The notes under the pieces are model-generated. The model saw only the letters and a program-made list of their open reading frames with translations. It had not been told where the DNA came from and did not search any database. The position numbers and the translations under genes are program-made. Positions 1 through 8,503 of a stretch of 64,000 nucleotides of DNA are shown piece after piece. The stretch is from Arenicellales bacterium (GTDB lineage: Bacteria > Pseudomonadota > Gammaproteobacteria > Arenicellales > JAJDZL01). Position 1 is the stretch's first letter. Every line of letters starts with the position of its first letter. Where the stretch lies: NCBI GenBank assembly GCA_963666625.1, contig OY762925.1, positions 3,541,748-3,605,747 of the forward strand, read 5' to 3'.

Positions 1-1
1 A

Positions 2-89
2 TAATCCGAAGTAGTGACTAATGCCAAGTTGCCTGAGAAGAACCGCTGATCTTCAGGGTTTTTCAAGCAATTCACTTGGCATTAATTTT
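2..89. repeat. RIT left terminal inverted repeat
   Basis: The reverse complement of 2-89 reads identically to 3627-3714 (checked base by base). It contains a nested 11-bp inverted sub-repeat, TAATGCCAAGT (19-29) / ACTTGGCATTA (74-84). Confidence 0.9.
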
Positions 90-136
90 AGTGTCCCGGT
101 CTGATAGAGTTCTCCTTTTTACATTGACAAAGGAGG

Positions 137-1702
137 ATGTCCATGACATTTGTTTCTCAGAGCGGATCTGGAAATTCAGATCTGCATTCTCAATTTGAGA
201 CTTTACTGAACGCATACAGTGAGTTCCTGCAACGCCGAGGGTTCCGCTGGACCGGGAAACACGTACCTTGCGCGTTGCATTTTCTGATCTGGCTGAAGAT
301 TTCTGATATCGCACTTGAAGTGATCGATGGTGCAGTCATACACAGATTCCTGCAACATGAGTGCGACTGTTGTAAAGCCGCGCCTCGTGCACAGGTCGCC
401 ACCTGGCTCAAGCGGCATTACAGCTGCCATCTGATGTGGTTTGTCCGCTTTCTTGAACAAGGCGGCATGGTCGACACGCCGGGTGAGTTGAAAGGCAACC
501 TTGAGATTGTGAACGGGTTTATCGCTCAGATGGAGGCTGACGGATATGCGTCGGCAACCATCAATGACTATCGTCAGGAAGCCTGCAAACTCATTGTCTG
601 GCTGCATTTGTTCCGAATTCGGCTTGGCGACCTGACCGCGGACTGTCTTGAACAGTTCCGGAACAGATCATTTGCCTGTTCAATACCGGGGGTGTATCTG
701 GAAAAACACTTTCGTACCGGGAAGTGCCGTTCCCGCTGGTATCTGAATAAATTCCTTTCGTATCTGAATGAACAGGGCAGGATCGCGCCTGTGCTGCCGG
801 CGACAGAAAGCCGGCCGCTGCCCGAAATACTGGAGAATTTCTGCTCATGGCTCAAGCTGCATCGCGGACTCACCGATGCCACCATCCGCCATTACGTCGC
901 AAGGATCATTCCGGTTGTAGACCTGCTGGGCGAGGATCCGGCGGCCTATGACACCTGCCTGATTCGCGATGCGTTCCGGCGGCGGATCGAAAACCGTTCA
1001 CGGTCTCATGCCCGAGGTGTTGCAACTTCAATGCGCATGTATTTGCGATTCTTGATCTTGCAGGGTGTCGTTCCGGTGTCACTGCTCGCCGCTGTACCGA
1101 CAGTTCCGCAGTGGCGGCTGTCCAACCTTCCACGTTCGATTGCGGACTGTGAAGTGGAAAGGACAATAGCATCCTGCAGCGGGCTCAATGCGAGTCTGCG
1201 TGATCGGGCGATTTTACTGCTGCTGGCGCGTTTGGCGTTGCGCGCCGGCGACATTGTGGCACTGCGGATCGGCGATATTGACTGGAACCGTGCTGAGATT
1301 CGTGTGACGGGGAAATCGAAACGCAGTGCTGCGCTGCCACTTCCCCAGGATGTCGGCGATGCGCTGTACGCCTATCTTGCAACCGTCAGACCGAAGCTTG
1401 ACTGCGACCGGGTGTTTGTCACATCGATCGCGCCTTATCGGCCATTTGCCGACTCCGGCACGGTCAGCAGAATTGTTCGGCGCGCCTTTGACCGCGCGCA
1501 GGTGACCACCCCGGCCGGGCGCGGCGCACATGTACTTCGACACAGTCGAGCGACCGGTCTGCTTCGGTCCGGGACCTCACTGAACCTGATCCAGTCATTG
1601 CTGCGCCATGAGTCGGCGGACACCACCATGATCTACGCGAAAACCGACTTGCCGATGCTTCTGGAAGTCGCCCAACCGTGGATCGGAGGGCTCGAACGAT
1701 GA
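137..1702 (+). CDS. ritA: Tyrosine recombinase, first gene of RIT trio (521 aa)
   Basis: C-terminal catalytic region shows the R...HxxR...Y pattern (LARLALRAGD, HVLRHSRATGLL, LLRHESADTTMIYAKT). Position and length fit the first RIT recombinase. Confidence 0.85.
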   Translation: MSMTFVSQSGSGNSDLHSQFETLLNAYSEFLQRRGFRWTGKHVPCALHFLIWLKISDIALEVIDGAVIHRFLQHECDCCKAAPRAQVATWLKRHYSCHLMWFVRFLEQGGMVDTPGELKGNLEIVNGFIAQMEADGYASATINDYRQEACKLIVWLHLFRIRLGDLTADCLEQFRNRSFACSIPGVYLEKHFRTGKCRSRWYLNKFLSYLNEQGRIAPVLPATESRPLPEILENFCSWLKLHRGLTDATIRHYVARIIPVVDLLGEDPAAYDTCLIRDAFRRRIENRSRSHARGVATSMRMYLRFLILQGVVPVSLLAAVPTVPQWRLSNLPRSIADCEVERTIASCSGLNASLRDRAILLLLARLALRAGDIVALRIGDIDWNRAEIRVTGKSKRSAALPLPQDVGDALYAYLATVRPKLDCDRVFVTSIAPYRPFADSGTVSRIVRRAFDRAQVTTPAGRGAHVLRHSRATGLLRSGTSLNLIQSLLRHESADTTMIYAKTDLPMLLEVAQPWIGGLER

Positions 1703-2637
1703 AAGCACTGATGAGCGACCATGTCGCACACTATGTTGCGATGAAGCAGACACTCGGCTATCGTTTCGAACTGAATGCGAGTGTGCTGCGGAGCTTTGCA
1801 AGGTTCGCACAGGCTCGGGACGAGGATTTCATACGTTCTCAAAGTGTGATTGAGTGGGCAGCTGGCACAGCGTCTGCACCGCAGTCTTTGCCGGCAAGAA
1901 AACTGCGCATTGTCTGCGCCTTCGCCAAGTGGATGAACGCCGGTGACAGCCGCCATGAGGTCCCGCCACAGGATCTTTTGGGGACCTCCACCTATCCCCG
2001 AAGACCGCCACACCTGATATCAACCGGCAACATCCGCAAACTCATGGATGCGGCGCTGGACCTGGGACCGGCCGGCTCTATTGCGCCGCTTGCCTGGCAC
2101 CATCTGATCGGGCTGGCTGCCACTACCGGCATACGCATCAGCGAGGCGCTGGCATTGACCCTGGACGATATCACTTCGGACGGGCTGATCATTCGCAATT
2201 CAAAGTTTGGCAAATCAAGATTGATCGCGCTGCATTCCAGCACCCGGGAGACGCTGAGCCGTTATCTTCAGGCAAGATGCAAGGAACCGACCGGCGATAG
2301 TCATCTGTTTGTGATCTCCACGGGCCGGCCACCTTCCATCCGTCATGCTCACGGAGTTTTCCGATTGCTGTCAGTGAGGATTGGAATCCGAAAAGCCGGT
2401 GCCCCCCGCGGACCCACCTTCCATTCACTGCGCCACCGATTTGCGGTCAAATCCCTGCAGGCGCTTGAGCCGGGAGCGGATGTCAGCCGTCACATGCTGG
2501 CACTTGCCACCTACCTCGGTCATGCAAGAGTATCCGATACCTATTGGTATCTGGAAGCGACACCGGCACTGCTTGGCGGCATCGCACAGGCAACCGAGCA
2601 GACACATCGCGATCGATGCGGAGGCGGCCATGACTGA
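1699..2637 (+). CDS. ritB: Tyrosine recombinase, second gene of RIT trio (312 aa)
   Basis: The ATG at 1699 overlaps the ritA stop (ATGA). Motifs: GIRISEALAL, HSLRHRFAV, YLGHARVSDTYWYL. The ORF-track start at 1678 lies further inside ritA. Confidence 0.85.
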   Translation: MKALMSDHVAHYVAMKQTLGYRFELNASVLRSFARFAQARDEDFIRSQSVIEWAAGTASAPQSLPARKLRIVCAFAKWMNAGDSRHEVPPQDLLGTSTYPRRPPHLISTGNIRKLMDAALDLGPAGSIAPLAWHHLIGLAATTGIRISEALALTLDDITSDGLIIRNSKFGKSRLIALHSSTRETLSRYLQARCKEPTGDSHLFVISTGRPPSIRHAHGVFRLLSVRIGIRKAGAPRGPTFHSLRHRFAVKSLQALEPGADVSRHMLALATYLGHARVSDTYWYLEATPALLGGIAQATEQTHRDRCGGGHD

Positions 2638-3622
2638 CCTCGCACCTCTTCTCAGTGCCTTTTTGCAGCAGTATCTGCCTGACACAAGGCATTTCAGCCG
2701 CCATACGGTGCAAAGCTATACCGATTGTTTCCGGTTGCTGGTACTGCATGTTTCCAAGCGTCAGAAAGTCCGTCCCTGCAAACTGAAGATCGAACACCTC
2801 TCGGCAACGGCGGTGATGGATTTCCTGGTGTCCCTGGAGACCGAGCGCGACAATGCGATCAGCACCCGCAACATCCGCCTGGCTGCGATCAGGTCGTTTT
2901 TCCGTTACTTGGAATATCGGGAGCCCGGCTGTCTTGAGATTGCCATGCAGATTCGGGCGATTCCGCAAAAGCGTACGAAAAAACCGCTGATTGACTGGCT
3001 GGATTCGCATGAAATGCAGGCTATTCTGGATGCGCCGAACACCGCTTCTGTGTCTGGTCTGCGCGACCGCGCCATGTTGCATCTATGTTATGCCGCCGCG
3101 CTGCGGGTTTCGGAACTGGTTTCGCTGAGAATGGATCATTTCCCAACTCCGCAGTTGGAAACCGTTCGCATTGCAGGCAAGGGAAGACGCGAACGGGAAC
3201 TGCCGCTGTGGAAGCAAACCCGGACCGCCTTGCAGGATTGGCTGCAGGTGCGCCCGGTGCCCAATCACAGTCATGTGTTTTTCAACGCCAGGGGAAAGAC
3301 CCTCAGCAGCGAGGGGTTCGCTTACATTCTCAAACAGCATGTTGCGACCGCAGCCCACAGTTGCCATTCCCTTGAGGACAAGCGGGTCACCCCGCATGTC
3401 CTGAGGCACGCCTCGGCAATGGCAGTGCTGCATTCGACCCGCGACATTCGCAAGGTGGCGCTATGGCTGGGACACTCGGATGTCAAGACAACTGAGACAT
3501 ACCTGAGAGCCAATCTGGTCGAAAAACAGGAAATCCTGTCGGCAACAACGCCACCGTCAATAAAACCCGGCTCTTTCAGAAGGTCTGGCGATAAGTTGAT
3601 GAGGATTTTGGGCGCTGAGTGA
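2630..3622 (+). CDS. ritC: Tyrosine recombinase, third gene of RIT trio (330 aa)
   Basis: The ATG at 2630 (MTDLAPLLSAF) overlaps the ritB stop by 8 nt. Motifs: ALRVSELVSL, HVLRHASAMAVL, WLGHSDVKTTETYLRA. The ORF-track N-terminal extension from 2381 overlaps ritB and was rejected. Confidence 0.85.
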   Translation: MTDLAPLLSAFLQQYLPDTRHFSRHTVQSYTDCFRLLVLHVSKRQKVRPCKLKIEHLSATAVMDFLVSLETERDNAISTRNIRLAAIRSFFRYLEYREPGCLEIAMQIRAIPQKRTKKPLIDWLDSHEMQAILDAPNTASVSGLRDRAMLHLCYAAALRVSELVSLRMDHFPTPQLETVRIAGKGRRERELPLWKQTRTALQDWLQVRPVPNHSHVFFNARGKTLSSEGFAYILKQHVATAAHSCHSLEDKRVTPHVLRHASAMAVLHSTRDIRKVALWLGHSDVKTTETYLRANLVEKQEILSATTPPSIKPGSFRRSGDKLMRILGAE

Positions 3623-3626
3623 CATA

Positions 3627-3714
3627 AAAATTAATGCCAAGTGAATTGCTTGAAAAACCCTGAAGATCAGCGGTTCTTCTCAGGCAACTTGGCATTAGTC
3701 ACTACTTCGGATTA
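3627..3714. repeat. RIT right terminal inverted repeat
   Basis: Perfect inverted copy of 2-89. It starts 5 nt after the ritC stop codon (3620-3622) and ends at the junction with the IS4-family transposase ORF. Confidence 0.9.
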
Positions 3715-4770
3715 CTGCGAAATAGTGTAGAGACTGGCCTCCAGATTCAGCCGTTTTCTGATGATTGCCAGCAGCACGTAGACTGAGACACCGATCCAGA
3801 TCTGGGTCTTGACAGCGTTCTCGCTGGTACCGTAGAACGACTGGATCCTCAGATGCTGCTTGATCCAGCGAAAAAACAGCTCCACCTGCCATCGGTTCTT
3901 GTACAGCTGCGCGATCGTCAGTGCCGGCAGGTAGGTGTTGTTGGTGAGAAAGATCAGGGTCTTGTCCCGCTCGCGGTCGATGAACTTGATGCGTCTGAGT
4001 TGATCCGGGTAGCGTTTTGCGCTTTTCTTGCCGGTCAGCACGCCGCGCTGATCATAGATCACCCCTTGTTCGCGGTCGTTTGCATGCGAGTAAAGCCGGT
4101 GGTACTTGGTGTTCGATTTGGCCCGTACCACAAAGTAGCTGCCAAGGCTGTGAAACGTGTGCAGCCGCCTGTAATCCACATAGGCGCGGTCCATCACGTA
4201 GATGGCACCGGGCTCCGGCAACAGCACATCGAGTATGTTCACGTCATTGAGCTTGGCATCGGTGATCTCGATAAACGACGGGATGTTGCCCTGCAGATCC
4301 AGCAGCGTATGCAGCTTGATGCCGGCCTTGGTTCTGCGGAACGGCGCCCAGTCAAACAGCGAAAGACAAAGATCAATGGTCGAGGAGTCCAGCGCATAGA
4401 CGGTCTCCTGAAGATCCAGCTCACTGTCTTCGGCACTGTAGAGCGGACGCGCCAGATCGATCAGGTGCTGGGCATGGTCGGCATGGATGCGCCAGTCGCG
4501 GTTCTCGTTAGCGTCAGCAAGCGTGCTCTTGGAGACGCCGCCGGTCAGACCGAGATGATACAGTTTCTCCTGATGTGCACGCAGACAGATGACAAGGTCG
4601 CGCAGACTGTCTCTTCGATTCAGCTGAGCGACCGCCATGGCCCGGTACTGTTGTGCGCACGAAAATGTTCTGATCCTGCGATCTCCCCGGTAGCGCGACA
4701 CACATCGGTGAAAGGTCTTCCACGGCAAATGAGCCATGATCTGAGAAAACACGAAATGCCCCTGATACAT
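3712..4770 (-). CDS. IS4-family DDE transposase (DUF4372-type N-terminus), apparently 3'-truncated at the RIT junction
   Basis: Start set at MYQGHFVFSQIMAHLPWKTF, the typical N-terminus of this transposase group. DDE-type core present (YVMDRAYVDY, NRWQVELFFRWIKQHL). The ORF ends ...SLYTISQ and its stop codon (3712-3714) lies in the last 3 nt of the RIT IR. Homologues as I recall them continue about 30-40 aa further. Confidence 0.75.
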   Translation of the reverse strand: MYQGHFVFSQIMAHLPWKTFHRCVSRYRGDRRIRTFSCAQQYRAMAVAQLNRRDSLRDLVICLRAHQEKLYHLGLTGGVSKSTLADANENRDWRIHADHAQHLIDLARPLYSAEDSELDLQETVYALDSSTIDLCLSLFDWAPFRRTKAGIKLHTLLDLQGNIPSFIEITDAKLNDVNILDVLLPEPGAIYVMDRAYVDYRRLHTFHSLGSYFVVRAKSNTKYHRLYSHANDREQGVIYDQRGVLTGKKSAKRYPDQLRRIKFIDRERDKTLIFLTNNTYLPALTIAQLYKNRWQVELFFRWIKQHLRIQSFYGTSENAVKTQIWIGVSVYVLLAIIRKRLNLEASLYTISQ

Positions 4771-5299
4771 AAGAGTATACTCCTGACTGATAACTGCTCT
4801 GTTCGGAAGGCTGTCGGATGCGACAGTTTCCGCTGAAGTCTCGGACACCCTCCAACAGGGCTTTATTTTAATGTTATCAATCAGATACAGGAACATTTTC
4901 TCTCGTTAACCGGACACCAGTGGGAAAATATATATTTCCCAGACACATCGGTGTTATTGATAATTTAATTATTATTAGTTTCTCAGTGTAAGGAGGCACG
5001 ACTTCCGGCACCTATCTATATGAAACGCGCGCCTTAGTGTCCTAAGACCATTTTGAGGTTGGGCTATGCGGTGATTATGGGTCGTTAAGGACTTGAACGT
5101 AATGTACGTCAAGGTATCTTCGATAAATTGGTGAATTCGATACGGAATCGGTTGACGTGCATAACTTGCAGTGAGAGTGTTCCGTGATTGATGTTGATAT
5201 TTATCGAACCCCATTCCGATAGACCGCATTCGAGACTGATATTGTTCTTACAGATCCGGATTGCTCCGGTACCCATTGCCCATCTCGAAGATAGACCGG

Positions 5300-6442
5300 C
5301 TAGGCGAAAGGAAGGGCTGAAACCTCACCTTCACGGGCAACACCATCCTTGCAGTGCACGATCACCGATTGCCCAACACTCCAGAATTCCCGGTCGATCA
5401 GTGACAGGCCGACATTTCGTTTCAAACGCGGTGACCAGATGGCACTCGTAATCTGACCGACCTGTCGGCCACCCGCATTGACCGGCCAAGGCTCAGCACA
5501 AGTTGGACAAGGGTCGCCATCGAAAAGGATACCGCGAATCTGGCGTTCTACACCTTTGTCAGACAGAATTTGCAAGGCGTCGCGACCGAGATAGTCGACC
5601 GCTCCGTTCAGGTTGCAGAACTTCCCCAATCCCATCTCGAATGGATTGTGCTCACGGGTTATTTCATTTCCGTATGACAAAAGCCCGCCCTCTATACGCT
5701 CAATCAGATTAGGGTAGCCAGGCGCTATGTCATAGGGTTGTCCAGCTTGCCAGACAGCATCCCAGAGAGTGGCACCCAAACGTCCACCGTTAAGGTAAAT
5801 TTCGAAACCATCCTGCTGGGAATACCCGGATCGCGCGATCAGTTGTCGCGTACCCGCAAAGTCGATCCAGCCGAACTTGAAGTTTCCAATTTCGCGTACA
5901 TCATCGCCAAACATTTCGCAAAGCAGAGCCTCGGATTTAGGGCCCTGCACAGCCAAAGGTGACACGTCGGGCTCGTCGACTGCGACATCAAAACCGCGTC
6001 CAAGCGCAAGCCCCTTGGCAAAAAGAAGCAAATCGGAGTCAGCGACAGACAGCCAGAATCGATCGTCTGCCAGTTTCAGTAGAACAGGGTCATTGATCAG
6101 ACCACCCGTTTCATCCGTGATCGGTATATAAAGACAATCGCCGGTTCTGGCACGTGAAATGTCGCGCGGGGTCATCCACTGGACCAGCCTCTCGGCATCG
6201 CGACCCGCGATCTGCACCTGACGCTGGCAGGCAACATCCCAGATCTGCACGTACTCGCGAAGATGCCAGTAATCCTCTTCAACCGGCCGACCATATGAGG
6301 TGGGCATGAGCATATGGTTGACCACGGAAAAGCTGGTGACACCGGCAGACTCGGCAGAGGCCGTATAAGGTGTACGGCGCAATCGGCGGGAAAATTTCAG
6401 CCTGTCAACCATGCTCGGTGGAACTCCACAGGGAGTAGCCAT
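5300..6442 (-). CDS. dmdA: GcvT-family aminomethyltransferase, DmdA-like (probable DMSP demethylase)
   Basis: Blocks recalled from DmdA proteins: VNHMLMPT, VQIWDVACQRQVQI, DEPDVSPLAVQGPKS, IARSGYSQQDGFEIY, NLIERIEGGLLSYGNEIT. An alternative start at 6412 (MVDRLKF) would overlap the upstream gene by only 8 nt. Confidence 0.55.
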   Translation of the reverse strand: MATPCGVPPSMVDRLKFSRRLRRTPYTASAESAGVTSFSVVNHMLMPTSYGRPVEEDYWHLREYVQIWDVACQRQVQIAGRDAERLVQWMTPRDISRARTGDCLYIPITDETGGLINDPVLLKLADDRFWLSVADSDLLLFAKGLALGRGFDVAVDEPDVSPLAVQGPKSEALLCEMFGDDVREIGNFKFGWIDFAGTRQLIARSGYSQQDGFEIYLNGGRLGATLWDAVWQAGQPYDIAPGYPNLIERIEGGLLSYGNEITREHNPFEMGLGKFCNLNGAVDYLGRDALQILSDKGVERQIRGILFDGDPCPTCAEPWPVNAGGRQVGQITSAIWSPRLKRNVGLSLIDREFWSVGQSVIVHCKDGVAREGEVSALPFA

Positions 6443-6755
6443 GAGGCGACAGGATCAGAGGAATGTGGTATTGCCCATCCGGATCGGGCATGGTGAAACG
6501 GACGACTATCTCATCTATGATGCGTGCGCCGTGTTTACCCGACACCTTGCCCTGCCAATAGGCACCGGTCTCAAAGACCAATTCGTAGCGAGATGTTGGA
6601 TCGGGCTCGATGACCTCCTGCACCAGGCGCCCGTCGTCGTCCATCTTTGTGTCGAATACGGTCAGCCCTGTTGCCAGATTGACAAGACGCACCGCGATGC
6701 CGCCTGCGTGGCTACCATCAACGCCACTGAGTGTATGGGAAGACACCGTTGCCAT
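6405..6755 (-). CDS. Transthyretin-like / 5-hydroxyisourate hydrolase family protein
   Basis: 116 aa. HTLSGVDGSHAGGIAV at the N-terminus and YHIPLILSPHGYS near the C-terminus fit the transthyretin/HIUase fold. The usual terminal YRGS tetrapeptide is absent. Confidence 0.6.
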   Translation of the reverse strand: MATVSSHTLSGVDGSHAGGIAVRLVNLATGLTVFDTKMDDDGRLVQEVIEPDPTSRYELVFETGAYWQGKVSGKHGARIIDEIVVRFTMPDPDGQYHIPLILSPHGYSLWSSTEHG

Positions 6756-8485
6756 TATTCAATCGATGCTTTATCGCGTTTGTCCGATGTTGCAGCGACA
6801 ATGGGAGAAATCACACCGCGGCATTTGACGTTCACACAGGCCGTTTTGCCTGATGCCATAGCGCGCTGTAACGCGGGGCGTAGTGCTGCACGTGTCTCCA
6901 CTAGTTCACCATGTCCGCCGAGCCCTTCGAACATGGTATGAAACGGGATATCGCGGAAGTCAGTCGCAAAGTGCCTGCTACTGTCGAAGAGGCGCTCCTG
7001 TTGCTGGCTGATGCAGTCGAGTCCGCCGTTGTTGTCAATGACTACGGTAATCGGCAACCCTTCCTGAAACGCAGTCTCAATTGACAGCCCGCCCGACAAA
7101 AATGCCCCGTCACCAGAGATCACTACGATGTTGCTATCCCGGTGTGTAGCTTTGGCTGCAATGCCGAAACTGACCCCGACTCCCAGCAGTGAATAGTTGC
7201 CGGGGTGCATTATCCCTCCCAGTTTCTGTCCGCGCCAGCCAGCCATGTTCACGGCGATCTCACTCCAGAAATGCGTATTGCCGCCGTCGAAGATCAACCA
7301 GTCGTCATCGCCCATTTCAGCCTGCACGTCGAGACCCAGCTGCAGGGGGTGCATATTTCCGCCTACCGCCTCATCCCGCGCTGTCTCCGCCGCTATATGC
7401 GCTTCCCACTCGGCAACCCATGCTGCGCGGCGTTCCTTATGAAGATCGAACCATGATTCCCAGGTTCGGCCGATACCGGAGAGCTCGTCCAGAAACGCGC
7501 CGGGGTCCGACAGCAGCACTTCATCCGCGGCATAGTTGTTGTCCAGTTCCTCGGACGAGCCGTTCACGCAAATCAGCGTGGTTTCCTTGCGAAAAAAAGG
7601 CGGATTGCCAAAGTTCATCTGGTTGTCGAGTCGCCCACCCACCATAATTACAACATCAGCCTCGTGGATGGCGGGTTTCGACGGATGGTACTGATGGAAA
7701 TCTGCAAGTCCCATGTAAGTCTCGCTTTCCTCGCCGAGAAGCTTGGTGTGGTAGGGTACATTGAAGATGGGCATGCGCAAGGTTTGCCCCATGGCTTCCA
7801 GCTTATCCTCAGCACCGGACCACCAGATTCCATGCCCGCCGATCACGATCGGACGTTCAGCCTTACGGATGATACCGAGCAGGCGAATAAGTTCGGATGG
7901 ATCAGGCCAGGCACGCGGGGTCAGACGCGCGTTACGAGTCCAAGGTCGTTCGTCGCAGCCCGCATCCATCTCAAAGGACGAAAACATGATATCAACCGGC
8001 AGGCTGATATGTACCGGACCCGGGTAGCCGGTAGTCGCCGCCTGCCATGCCCGGTCGACGAATTCTCTGATGCGCCCGCCATCAGTAATCTGAACGGAAT
8101 ACTTCACCAGCGGTGCAGCGATCGCCACGTCATCAATTTCCTTGAAGCCGCCCGCACCCTGACGCTTGAGTGTCGAGGAGCCGGTGACGAAGATCACCGG
8201 CGACCGTTCGCCACCTGCTTCAAGCATTGCAGGTACCGCATTTGCAAACCCCTCGGGCCCGACCAGGCAGACCGTAGGCTTGCGGGTTATTCGCGTGTAC
8301 CCGTCAGCCAAGTGTCCCGCGACCTGTTCGTGCGGACAGTTGATCACCGGTATCTGGCATTCCATGAACCCTTCGAGTGCCGGATTGCAGAAACCGCCTG
8401 CCAAGGTGAAAACGTGATCCACCCCCTTTTCCTTCAGCGCATAGGCCAACAAGGCACCACCGCGGATTCGTTTGTCCCGCATCAT
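6755..8485 (-). CDS. Thiamine-pyrophosphate-dependent enzyme (acetolactate synthase / oxalyl-CoA decarboxylase superfamily)
   Basis: 576 aa. N-terminal TPP pyrimidine-binding block (GVDHVFTLAGG, HEQVAGHLADGYTR) and C-terminal TPP-binding block (ISGDGAFLSGG...NNGG). Confidence 0.8.
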   Translation of the reverse strand: MMRDKRIRGGALLAYALKEKGVDHVFTLAGGFCNPALEGFMECQIPVINCPHEQVAGHLADGYTRITRKPTVCLVGPEGFANAVPAMLEAGGERSPVIFVTGSSTLKRQGAGGFKEIDDVAIAAPLVKYSVQITDGGRIREFVDRAWQAATTGYPGPVHISLPVDIMFSSFEMDAGCDERPWTRNARLTPRAWPDPSELIRLLGIIRKAERPIVIGGHGIWWSGAEDKLEAMGQTLRMPIFNVPYHTKLLGEESETYMGLADFHQYHPSKPAIHEADVVIMVGGRLDNQMNFGNPPFFRKETTLICVNGSSEELDNNYAADEVLLSDPGAFLDELSGIGRTWESWFDLHKERRAAWVAEWEAHIAAETARDEAVGGNMHPLQLGLDVQAEMGDDDWLIFDGGNTHFWSEIAVNMAGWRGQKLGGIMHPGNYSLLGVGVSFGIAAKATHRDSNIVVISGDGAFLSGGLSIETAFQEGLPITVVIDNNGGLDCISQQQERLFDSSRHFATDFRDIPFHTMFEGLGGHGELVETRAALRPALQRAMASGKTACVNVKCRGVISPIVAATSDKRDKASIE

Positions 8486-8503
8486 ATGGCGAATGTTCTC
8501 TCT

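Larger units (their letters stand above)
1..3715 (+). mobile_element. Recombinase-in-trio (RIT) element: three tandem tyrosine recombinase genes between long terminal inverted repeats
   Basis: Three consecutive same-strand tyrosine recombinase ORFs with overlapping stop/start codons (ATGA at 1699-1702; 8-nt overlap 2630-2637). They are bracketed by perfect 88-bp inverted repeats (2-89 vs 3627-3714). This matches the published RIT architecture. The left end touches the window edge. Confidence 0.85.

Noticed and set aside
3853-4836. 327-aa plus-strand ORF opposite the IS4-family transposase. Similar long antisense ORFs occur at 7664-8536, 39467-40096, 40827-41741, 48269-49324, 49577-50203 and 53447-54265.
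   Set aside because: Each lies entirely antisense to a gene with clear family motifs. Their translations are low-complexity and Arg/Pro/His-rich with no motifs, as expected of shadow ORFs in GC-rich coding DNA.
4897-5299. About 400-bp non-coding stretch between the IS and dmdA, checked for IS terminal repeats, group II intron hallmarks or a small RNA.
   Set aside because: I found no inverted match to the sequence next to the RIT junction, no GUGYG/domain-V-like motif and no convincing hairpin-terminator. There is only a short near-palindrome (GGGAAAATATATATTTCCC at about 4921-4939), and the IS outer end could not be defined.
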